A stretch of DNA of 64,000 bases, from contig OZ316895.1 in assembly GCA_973895155.1 (NCBI GenBank), positions 21,836,558-21,900,557 of the forward strand, written 5' to 3'. Of this stretch, positions 12,530-23,729 are shown one piece after another. A program made the translations under genes and the position numbers. The first letter of the stretch is position 1. Each line of letters opens with the position of its first letter. A model generated the notes under the pieces. That model saw only the letters and a list, made by a program, of their open reading frames with translations. It searched no databases and had not been told where the DNA came from. This DNA comes from Marsupella aquatica (Eukaryota > Plantae > Marchantiophyta).

Positions 12530-12978
12530 TACCTTCCTTTTCTTAAAGACCTGCTTCTCTCCGGGTCCAGTCTCTCTGGTCCTTTGGGCACCACAACCTT
12601 TGGTCCACCAGGGTAGAGTTCCGCTGTCCTCTTCCAGTAGTTAAATCTCTGGTTTATAGCTTCCTTTTCTTTTGGACCTGCTTTTCTTCTTGTCAGGCCT
12701 CTTGGGTCCTTTGGGCACCACAACCTTTGGTCCACCCAAGTAGAGTTCTGCGCTCCTCTTGCAGTAGTTAAAATCCCTGGTTTAGCTTCCTTTTCTTTTG
12801 GACCTGCTTTTCTCCTGGTCAGGCCTCTTGGGTCCTTTGGGCACCACAACCTTTGGTCCACCCAAGTAGAGTTCCGCACTCCTCTTGCATTAGTTATATC
12901 CCTGGTAGCTTCCTCTTCTTTTGGACCTGCTTTTCTCTGGTCAGGCCTCCTGGGTCCTTTAGGCACCACAACCTTTTC
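12530..12978. repeat. Minisatellite, ~3.5-4 copies of ~123-126 bp
   Basis: GGACCTGCTTTTCTCCTGGTCAGGCCTCTTGGGTCCTTTGGGCACCACAACCTTTGGTCCACC at ~12546, 12672, 12798, 12920. Confidence 0.9.
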
Positions 12979-14170
12979 GTCCATGCCAAGTTGCCAACCC
13001 CTTTTGTGAGCCACCCCTCATCTAAGCTGGCTTTTTTGAATCAAATTCAATTGGTTTTTAAGAGGCTTGCTTGGAGCACTTTGAGGACTTTGAGGACTTC
13101 AGGTCCACCACGCCAAGAACTCCGGAGCAGGTGATGGTGGAATGAAATTATGAGGGCTGCGGAGACCAGTCTCAATGTCTCATCTGCGGCTCCGCGAAAC
13201 CTGGCGGTCGTCGGCGCACTGATAGAGGTGGAGCGATTTCTGTGGCGAGACGAGGGAACAATAAATAATCATTCGACAGCGGTGAGTGAAGAATGCCACG
13301 CAGTGATAAGCTAGAAGTGCGCAGAGTGGCATGTGCCTCTCTGCCAGTGAAAGTTTTGCTTTCCGGAGGAACGAACGAACCCACATCGATTTCACGGATG
13401 AATTTTCAGGTGGGCTGGTGAATGAACGAAAGAAGATGCAGCACAGTGAGTTTGCTGCAGTGCTGGAAGAAAAACGAATAAGATCGGAGGGTTATTCCTC
13501 GAGGACGTAGAATGTGTTGGGAGAACAGACTGATGACTCTAGGTAATCGGAGTGCAGACCATTGAGCGCCATCGACGGCGATCCGCAATTTGAGGCTGTG
13601 TTGCTTACGACAGAGCTCCAAGTGAGTGGGAGGTGTATGGGAAAGTAGTACCTTGAGAGTCCAGTGGCTTGTCTATAGGGAAGGAAGAAAGCGAGAGAGG
13701 CTTTTCGATATCGTGTTCTGTAATTAGCGAGACAGAGAGAGAGATCGAGAGAGAGCGGGCCCAGTGGAAGGTACGCACGTCAAGCAAGCCGGCAAAAGTT
13801 CTGCTCAATTGGGCGTCAGTTTGTGCTCAGTGAGTCAGCGGGGGACCGGATAAGTGGGCTAGTGTGCGACAGCAGCACGCTAGGAGTCGTAGCGTAATTC
13901 AAGAAGGGAGGAAAAGGGAACGGGGCACGGGAGGGATCGTCTCATCTTCAGGCCGGGCCAGCGAGTTCAAGTGTATTAGCGACGTCACGATCAGTTTTGT
14001 ATCACTTCTTTCTCTCAAGTCTATCCCGGAACCATTTAAGCACGCAGCGTCGCGGGCTGACCGATAGAAGAAGGAATCCTTCGTTTGTTCTTCCCTGGTG
14101 ATACCGATTGCTTGTAGCTCTATCGATTCGTTGACTAGACAACTGTATTGACAGGAGAGTTGACGCGCAA

Positions 14171-14184
14171 GCTATTTAAATAGC
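14171..14184 (+). promoter_or_regulatory. Candidate TATA box of the CHX gene
   Basis: Palindromic GCTATTTAAATAGC ~430 bp upstream of the ATG, followed by a CT-rich leader-like region. Confidence 0.4.
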
Positions 14185-14609
14185 CAGATTGTCCAACGCA
14201 GCGAGTACCATTACACTCATAAGCGCCACACGTCTCTCCCTGTCTCACTCACTGAGACTCATGATCAGCTCGAGCTTTCTGTACTCCTCACTCCCCTCTG
14301 TTTCTCCCTCATGTACTCCATTCGCTGGGACGATAGCTGATGAAGGTTGTTTCCTACGTCCTGAGTGAGAAAGAGGTAGCTCTCCTCTGGAACCGGAGGG
14401 CGTCTTTCTTGTAACGTGGGTTTGATCAGGGTGCACCTGAGCTGTGGAGCAATGGCTGGGCATCCTCATGTTGTGCCGGATGTGGGGGCGGAGCTGCAAT
14501 GACGACGTAGAATTCCTTTTCTTCAAGGAGGATCGGAGTGATATCGTTCAATCGATTGATCAGCAGCCCGATTCTTATTCCGCGGGTGATTTGAAGAGTA
14601 TCTGCCATA

Positions 14610-17600
14610 ATGACGAACTCGACGAATGCAACTGCGGCGGTATGCACGTACATGGCGGCGACCTCGAATGGGGTGTGGCAGCATAACAGCCCCATTCATT
14701 TTTCGTTTCCGCTTCTCGTCATCCAGATCACGCTTGTGCTGGTCGTCACCCGCTTTCTGGCCTTCCTGTTCAAGCCCTTGAGACAGCCCCGCGTTATCGC
14801 CGAGATCATCGTGAGTCCTGCACTCTTTTTCGCTCTCTTTCTGTGGACTATTCGTTGATATCTATGTGTTCCGCTTACAAACTTTGCTTTTCCTTCAGTC
14901 TCCGTTTGGGTGGTGCAGTAACAGCAGCCAGGAATCGGACAGAGAGGTTTTTTCTATATGAGCAGTCCTGTGGCAGCTTTGACTTGTGGTGTGTTCGATA
15001 GTCATGTTTATTCGTTTGGGAATTTGTCAGATTGTAGAGTCTTACGTTGCTACATTCAGTGCTTCTTAGCTTCTGCACATCTGACAAATGATTTGCTACA
15101 TTCAATCTGACAAATGATTTGCTACATTCAGTGCTTCTTAGCTTCTGCACATGTTGTCCGTGGAATCAGTTTCTGTTAAGAGGCATTTCTGTGGAAGAAT
15201 TTTCTCTGCTGTAACTGCGTTTATTTGGGCTTTGAGCTTGCTTTGAAGACGCAGTTGTTCATGCTCTGTGCCTGCTATGGAAAGCACAAATTCGAATGTT
15301 CGCTTTGAAATATCTTAATATGGGCAGCAGAGTATTGTGCATTGTTGTCCATCAAATTCCACTGACGTAACTTGAATATGCACCGTGGATTGGAATAACA
15401 CAATCTTACTCCCTTCCTAGCTGCGCGCCTGCGTACGTTTGCATGTCCACTATCTTCCCCTCCTATCGGTGCCCCAGGGTTCTCGAAGGATGAGGGGCAC
15501 GTTGTTGTCCTTGAAATCTCAATCCGTAGGTGGGACTACTGCTAGAAGAATGTCTTTCTCGTGTTGAATAGGTAATGTCCACCTGTCAATCCAGCTCTTG
15601 GGCGCGTCATATGGTCTACTGCAGTTACGGAATCTCGCAAGTTACTTCCACGCTGTGGTGTAAGAAAGTCGAAGTACCTTTCCTTGCAAATAGACTGGGG
15701 CCAATCCGTTCAGAGTCTAGACACTTGTGCCTAGTAGAGGATCATGCAGGCTGCTCTGCCCTATATCTGGGAAACTGCACGATCCTTCCTTGAGATTAGA
15801 AAACCTAGGTTTAAATTCTCGACAATTATTCGAGGATCTAGAGCCTGACAACTTCTTACGTTGGCTCTGGAGTCTGTATACTCATTTTACAGCGATGTTG
15901 ACATTCAGGCGCAATTCATGTGAACAATTAGACGACCTCCATCCGCAAGGTTTGATGTGTCCTTTGTATTCGGGACTCCTGAGTGTGAAGCTGCGAACTT
16001 TTTGATGGGTTGCCAGGGTTCCGACTGCTGAACGTTTGTTCAGCTAAAGAGATGGTCACGGCTTGAACTGACTTTTCGTTGCATTGTCTTGCCCAATTTG
16101 GATCTCGTGTTGCAGGGTGGGATTCTACTTGGGCCTACCGCGTTGGGTCGCAATCACGAGTATATGACCAAGATTTTTCCCAAATCAAGTATCACAGTTC
16201 TGGACACGTTCGCCAACATCGGACTCCTGTTTTTCTTGTTCATGGTCGGGCTCGAGCTGGACCTGAAAGCCTTGAGAAAAGTAGGATCTCAAGCACTGGC
16301 CATTGCAGGAGCTGGCATGTGTTTGCCCTTTGCTCTTGGAGCTGGAGTGTCGGTCGTGATCCGCAACACCCTTTCTCCTGGAGTCAAGTTCGCCCCATTC
16401 CTCGTGTTCATGGGAGTGGCAATGGCGATCACGGCCTTTCCAGTCCTGGCTCGAATCCTCGCCGAGCGCAAGCTTTTGACGACGGATGTGGGACAGATGG
16501 CGATGTCTGCTGCTGCTGTGAACGACGTATCGGCCTGGATTCTGCTTGCTCTTGCTATTGCGCTCTCTGGCTCAGGCAGTGGAACAGTGGCCATTTGGGT
16601 ACTCCTTTCCGGGCTCGCATTTGTGATAATCATGTTCGCTGTGGTCAAGCCCTTGATGACTTGGGTTGCTCAGCAGTCACCTGAAAACGAGCCTATCAAG
16701 GAGATATACGTCTGCCTCACATTTGCTCTCGTCCTGATTGCTGGCTTTTGCACTGACGCAATTGGGATCCATCCCATTTTCGGTGGATTCGTTCTGGGCG
16801 TCGTCATCCCGAAAGAAGGCTCTTTTGCACAAAGTCTGATCGAGAAAATTGAGGACTTTGTCTCAGTCCTTTTACTTCCCCTCTATTTCGCTTCCAGCGG
16901 CCTTAAGACGAACATTGCTACTATTCATGGTGCTAATGCGTGGGGTCTTCTTGTTCTCGTCATCGCTGTCGCCTGTATTGGCAAGATTGGTGGCACTCTT
17001 CTTGTTTCTTCATTCTACACCAGAAATTTCCGAAAGTCGCTTACTCTGGGAATCCTCATGAACACCAAGGGACTTGTTGAACTCATTGTTTTGAACATTG
17101 GCAAGGACAGAGGGGTAAGCTTATCATTGCACCACAGCTTCTTACTTAGACTTGGAAACAAGCTCAGTTTGAGGAATAACATCTTACTGGCTTGAATTGT
17201 AATTTAGGAGAATAAGGTTTTCCTCGCTTCGCTTGTTGACTTGGAAACCGATCCCTGAACGGTTCAAGTTATGGCGTGAAAGGGCCAATTGAAATTAGGG
17301 ATCATTTTCTTTTTCAATTTAATGAGTATTAGATGTCATACCTGCTATGAAATTGCAGGAAGGTTCGACTTACGGCGTTGCTCATGACTGTCGAAACGTT
17401 TCAGTACTTCTTCATGTATGAAGGCTTGCATTTATGATGGAGCGTCCTGTGCAATGTGCAGGTTCTTACAGATGAGGTGTTTGCCATAATGGTCCTTATG
17501 GCAGTCTTCACGACGTGCATGACCACACCTATTGTGATGGGTCTCTACAAGCCAGCCAGGAACAATGTTCCTTACACGCGGAGACAGCTCTACCAAGACG

Positions 17601-18784
17601 CATCGCCCAAGGACCAATTACGCATTCTGAGTTGCGTGCACGGCATTAGGAACATTCCTGCAGTAATCAATCTCGCTGAAACTGTGAGAGGGCAGACGAA
17701 GAGCGCGCTACGTCTGTACATCTTGCATTTGATGGAGTATTCTGAGCGTCCCTCTGCGATCAGGATGGTACAAAGAGCCAGGAGGGATGGACGTCCTTTC
17801 TGGGATGAAACTGGAGCTGGAAGGACTGACCGGATTGTGGTGGGATTTGAGGCATATGAGCAGCTAAGCAAAGTAACAGTACGACCTATGATTGCCATCT
17901 CAGAATTCGAAGACATGCATGAAGACATTTGCATGACTGCTGCAGATAAAAGGGCGGCCATAATCGTCCTTCCGTTCCACAAGCAGGTTCGGCTTGATGG
18001 TGGCTTTGAGACTGGCAATTCAGGGTTCAGAACCGTCAACAAGAAGGTTCTACAGTATGCTCCGTGCTCTGTAGGTATTCTAATTGACCGTGGCCTTTGG
18101 GGGCCTGCTCAAATTGCTCCCGGTAAAGTCAATCACATGGCAGTGGTGCTTTTCTTTGGTGGCCCTGATGACCGAGAGGCTCTGGCATTTGGGGTTAGGA
18201 TGGCTGAACATCCAGGTGTGAAATTGAAAGTCATCCGATACACTGGTGATCTTGCCATCGACGAATTGGCAGGGTCATCCTCTCCTTATTTTCCTCAGAA
18301 TGTTTCTGGTAGATCCGGAATGATCTCCAGTCGGTACTATTTTTCAGCAGCTGAGGTAGACTCAGGTTTGGAGAGGCAGCGAGATCAAGAGCTTCTTGAT
18401 ACAGTGCGAGACTCTAAGACCGGAGAGAAAGTCATCACTTTTGAAGAAGTTGAGATCAAGGACTTGGGTGAATCTATCACGGAAGTTGGGAAGGAGTTGC
18501 AAAATGATTTTATTCTAGTGGGCAAAAGCAGCCGTCCTTCTCCATTACTGGCTGCTCTCTGCTGCAGTCGGAAAAACCTGATCTACACCGAACTAGGACC
18601 TGTAGGGGATATTCTTGTCTCTTTCAATTCCCGCTCTTCTGTCTTGGTTGTACAACAGTATGACCCCAATCACATACATGATCCTATTAGTCATAGTTCT
18701 TTACACGATGGCAAAGAATTGGGCCCTTCTTCCCTGGTGCCAGCACGCCCTAATGGAAATGAGTCATCGGTCTCACCTGTCTAG
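14610..18784 (+). CDS. CHX: Cation/H+ antiporter, CPA2/CHX family (~840 aa)
   Basis: Exons 14610-14810, 16116-17114, 17462-18784 with GT-AG phase-0 introns. Motifs [94 protein letters not shown]. Confidence 0.96.
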
Positions 18785-20261
18785 GGGAATGAGGGCCTCA
18801 TAGGTGTTCCTGTAAATCATAGTTCGAAACAGATAGGTACTCCATGCATTCTACCTGAGAGGAAACTTGCGTCATTTTCCCAGTTTGGCGGGATCGGCAT
18901 TGTTTGTTTGCGTGAAGGCAAAGGGCAAAGCAGACCTTGGAGGGCGCTCGGCAGGATTTGTGTGTATCAAGCAACGCAATTTAAATAGTGTGTTACAGGG
19001 TATTGAAAATTAGTGTAAATACTTCAATCTCTGTTTCCGGGGATACTGTAATAATGAGAGTTACATAGTAGGGAGGAAAATAGTGTAGAGGTATGTTCGT
19101 CACGAGGAAGCCTCTTTTCATTTCCAGTAGGCTAGGCATTCAACTTAATGTAGCATGGACTCATCCTTGTTCATTAGTGCAAGGACTTGAGACAAAGAGT
19201 TGATTCAATCATTCATTTCCAATGTAAATGTCTGGTTTGTAGTCACAATACATTAACTAGGGTGGGAGTCCTGGTACTCTCTCAGCATCATGGATGCTTA
19301 GAGATCTCCACCAGGAGGTTTGTATATGGTGCTAAACCGTGACAGATGACTATCGTGAGAAGATTTGGGTGACCGTCTGTAGAAACAGCGTTGTGTACAG
19401 GAACAAAATGTAACATCTTGACTACTGTTTAGCGTGTGGGCTTGGAAATTTTGGGGAAGAATGGTCAGTCCTGTAAATAGAAGTCAAGGGTTATTGACAA
19501 AAGCAAAACAAGCAAGTCAACTATCGGCCTTGGTTCTCAGTTTCACATGATGTTCACATAGTCGACCTTTTTTGAGAGTACATCACTGAATGTAGCCGGT
19601 TACATAGTCGCACTGGTGGGGATCTCTTGGGTAGCGCGTATGGAGCTTTCGATTAGTGTACACGTCCAATTGTGTTTTACAAAATGATCGAATTGGCTCA
19701 AGGTCATCCGTTGATCTAGATAGTTAGCGTGTTCCAAATCCCTATCCTTCTTCATAGGCTGCTACTTGTTGAGAGTATGTAGAACCTTGAACGTCTCTTC
19801 AGCAAAGTGAGCAAACTGACGAGACATTCAGTTTGTGCCATTGCTGGTCATTGCCAATTGTTTTGAAAGGTATGTGAGTTGTTGACATTCAAGTCATAAT
19901 AGGCCGTATCTGCAATAGTGGAGTTCTTCAGTTTGCTGTTACTGCTGGCTTATGGGCAGTGACTTCGCACATCAACCCTTTGAAGTCTCTTAGACCAGCA
20001 AGCTGATTCAAATCGCCAGTGTCCCTAGAAAAGAAGTGTAAAAAATGTATCCATTTGTCAGCTTCTATTTCCTTTAGTATGCCACTGTTGCTCAACAATT
20101 TCAGGTGAGCTAATGTATTAATAATGTCAAGTGATATCATAGAACTTATTCAATTGAAATCCACACTGTTCACTGCAATGAAAACAAAATTGGGCTCTAT
20201 TCATGGTTAGTGTCACAAACACCAATTTTACACACTTGAATTAAAGTTGCTTAATAGTGTT

Positions 20262-20560
20262 TGTTTTATTTGCCTTGAAACCCTAAAGTAGACCTATCCA
20301 ACACAGGATAGACTGTAGGGTAGCCCACAAGGAGGCTTGTGGGCTGTACCTAGGGTTCCAAGAGTGACCCATACCAGGAAAGAGAGAGGATCACAAAGTG
20401 GCCAGCAAGTGGCCAAGGAGAAACCAGTACTCCCACCATTACATCCCACCCACACAAACACACATGTACCCTCTGCACCCCTTGTGTTTTGAGGGCGGAT
20501 GAAACCTGGAACCTCTCAGTTCTAGGCTAATCCCCTAGCTAACTGAACGAGGCCAGTGAA
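20262..20560 (-). mobile_element. tRNA-derived SINE, full length (~300 bp) with 15-bp TSD
   Basis: Minus-strand head TGGCCTCGTTCAGTTAGCTAGGGG...CCAGGTTTCATCCG (A/B-box-like), A-rich tail GGCAAATAAAACA, direct repeat TTGCTTAATAGTGTT at 20247-20261 and 20561-20575. Homologous to the copy at 40426. Confidence 0.8.
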
Positions 20561-21924
20561 TTGCTTAATAGTGTTCGTTTTGGACAGAGTTATGTTCAGT
20601 TGCATGAGTTCGCTGAAGACCAATTTTGCACACTTGAATTATTGTTTCTCAAAGCTATTTGGAGAGGTTTATACTGTTATTTTTGACAGAGTTGTGTTCA
20701 GTCACCGTCCAAATTGATCACTGCCTTCACATGCCTAACCAAGCTCCAGAGCCATTGAGTTTGAAGTTGATGCCTATTTGCTATTTATCCACTTAACAGT
20801 CCCGCAGTTGTTGCATCTGCATATACTTTAAAGCAAAGCAAAAAACCATGATATTACGTTCATCTCAAAATCACATTCACCATAATGAAAACTGTAATAG
20901 CAGTGAACAGTGTGGAATTTCCCATAGAGTAAACCAAACATACTTAAGTTAAACCCATTAGATCAATAGGACAATAAAAAACAGTTGATGACATAAAAAA
21001 GGATGTTGAAATGCAAAATTGGCTACTAGGATAGTAGACAACTTGATGACATAAAAATGGTTGTTCAAATGCAAGAGTTAACATAAAAATTAATCAAATG
21101 AAATGATATGACAAGAAGCTTAGTAGCTAAGATATTGTCTATTTTGCCAACTACTGGATTTTCTAAATACATAAGTTGATGCCCAGATGGGCAATACTGT
21201 TTAACTAAAAGACTTCGATGGACTAAGGTGCTTAAAATGATGGACTAAGTAGAGGAGGTTTTAGGAATGTTTTAGGAATGTTTTAGAAATGATTTAGGAA
21301 TTATGTTCCATGTTCCAGGCGCATCAACAGGTGAGGTACCACTGTCAAGTTTTTTTACTGCAAGCTCATTCCATGGACTTGTTTTATAAGCTGCTTAAAG
21401 TCCCTAATATGCTCTCATGGGAGGACCTTACACTACACAATCATGAGCAAGTTTCTAAAAGATGCAAGAGATTTCATTGTGGGCCTAGGATAACAAGGGG
21501 AAGGATAATGTGAAATTGGCTGTGCAACTTTTGGGAGAAAATCTGAAGGGTGCTTTACAAGATGTCCATTGGGTAGACATCCATCCACTTTTTGAGAGTG
21601 GCCTGAGTCACAATGCACTGTTAGTATGCAATTGTGATGCTTTGTATTATAACCCTTAACGGCTCTTTATGGGAGCAGTCAAAAGTACCAACCCTCTGAC
21701 TGGCCCTGTAAAAAGTAGATTTATGGCTAAACAAATGTACAGCATTAACTTTCTTTTATAACTATGCTTTGACAAGCCCTATTGTAAAGGCCTCCTTAGT
21801 GAAAGTCTTTCCCGGAGATATATATCACACTGCCAGAAAACAAAAGATGCATAACCCAGAGACACTTCTCAACCCCACAAGGCCCAAAAAGGGGAGAAAA
21901 TAAGAAAAACCCCACCTAAGATAA

Positions 21925-22935
21925 ACCCTATTGAGAGGCAAATTGAAAACCTCAGCCAGGAATACACAGCATACTAGGATGGCAAAATGAAAAGTTCAGC
22001 CAGGAATAAATAACATAGGATGGGAAATTGAAAAACCTGGTGAGCTCAGGAGAGTAGGTACACAACTATGAACTAAAACCTATACTAAAGCCCCAAACAC
22101 TACTGAGTGGCAATTGGAAATGCTCAGGAATAAATTGCATAGCATGGCAAACTGAAAAACCTGATAAAGCTCAGGAGTGTAGGTTCACAAGTATAAGCTG
22201 AGACAGACAATAAATCCCCAAACCCTACTATGTGGCAAATTGAAAAAACATGGTAAAGCTCAGCAATGTACTAGGTCCACAACTGTAAAATAAAACTTGC
22301 ACTAAAGCCCAAAACCCTACTGAGTGGCAAATTGAAAAACCTGGTAAAGATCAGCATTGTAGGTCCACAACTGTAAACTAAAATTACACTAAAATCCGAA
22401 ACCCTACTGAGTGGCAAATTGAAAACCCTGGTAAACCTCAGCAGTGTAGGTCCACAATTGTAAAACTAAAACTTACACTAAAGCACAAAACCCTACTGAG
22501 TGGCAAATTGAAAAACCTGGTAAACCTCAGCAGTGTAGGTCCACAACTGTAAACTAAAACTTACACTAAAGCCCAAAACCCTACTGAGTGAGTGGCAAAT
22601 TGAAAAACCTGGTAAACCTCAGCAGTGTAGGCCCACAACTGTAAACTAAAACGTACACTAGAGCCCAAACCCTACTGAGTGGCAAATTAAAAAACCTGGT
22701 AACCTCAGCAGTGTAGGTCCAAAACTGTAATATAAAACTTACACTAAAGCCCAAAACCTTACCGAGCAGCAAATTGAAAAACCTGGTAAAGATCAGCAGT
22801 GTAGGCCCACAACTGTAAACTAAAACTTACACTAAAGCCCAAAACCCTACTGAGTGCCAAGTTGAAATGCTCAGGAATGAACCGCAGAGCATGGCAAATT
22901 GGAACACCTGCTTAATTAAGCTCAGGAGTGTAGGA
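21925..22935. repeat. Minisatellite, ~10 copies of ~87-91 bp, upstream of the ABC1K gene
   Basis: CCCTACTGAGTGGCAAATTGAAAAACCTGGTAAACCTCAGCAGTGTAGGTCCACAACTGTAAACTAAAACTTACACTAAAGCCCAAAA; central copies homogeneous, edge copies degenerate. Confidence 0.92.
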
Positions 22936-23729
22936 GGGTCTATTTGGCTCTGGCCGAGACTCTACTCTACTACTCTCGTGTAGTGCCACGCTCGTTTCCA
23001 CGTGGACGGCCTCCTTCACTACACGCTGGGTCTCGATCCTCCTCTTTTGCCTACGCGGCCTGCTCAAGCAGATTCAGCTGAATCAAATGAGTAATCTCAA
23101 GCTTTTTGGTAGAAGGGTAGGTCCTGTCCTCTCTGATTCACTCGAAGAATTGCATGATGTGTCCCTTGTTTTCACCGACTCGTCTTTTCTCTCCACTGAT
23201 GCAAGTTATTGATCGGTAATGGCATGCAACGAAATCCAGTAGCTATGCCCACAATTGGTGCTGCTCGTGTGATTCACAATCGTGCTGCAGACATCAGCTG
23301 GTCTTGCATGTGTGACCTTGCTCCTGTAAGCACCACGACGTTGGAGTCTGCGCTCGGAATTGCAGCTTCTCAAGGGCAAGAATCGGGAAAAGGTATGGTG
23401 CCCCTTGGTGGAGTCATGTGAACGAATTTCGGGTCGATGTGATCGCCCTAAAACGCCAATGTCTCGGACCTTTTCAATTTTCCGAATTGCTGCGTTGTAG
23501 TGGCGCTGCCTGAGCTTATTGGGGCAGTCTGTTGTGACCTGAGGTTTCTCTGAAATGAGGACGAGGAGTTGTCCTCAATGTGCAAATCATCAGCCACCTG
23601 CAACAGCGGGCAGAATGTCAAGAATAGTTGGGATGCCGAGGGAAGATTTATGTTGCTGCCCATACGCTAATACTTGATCAATTGAAGGAATGGTACAGTT
23701 GAAGGAATGATAATTGCAAGTGGCAGCCG

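Noticed and set aside
12529-13014. 161-aa repetitive ORF (-)
   Set aside because: Translation of the 125-bp minisatellite with frame changes between units; no coding evidence.
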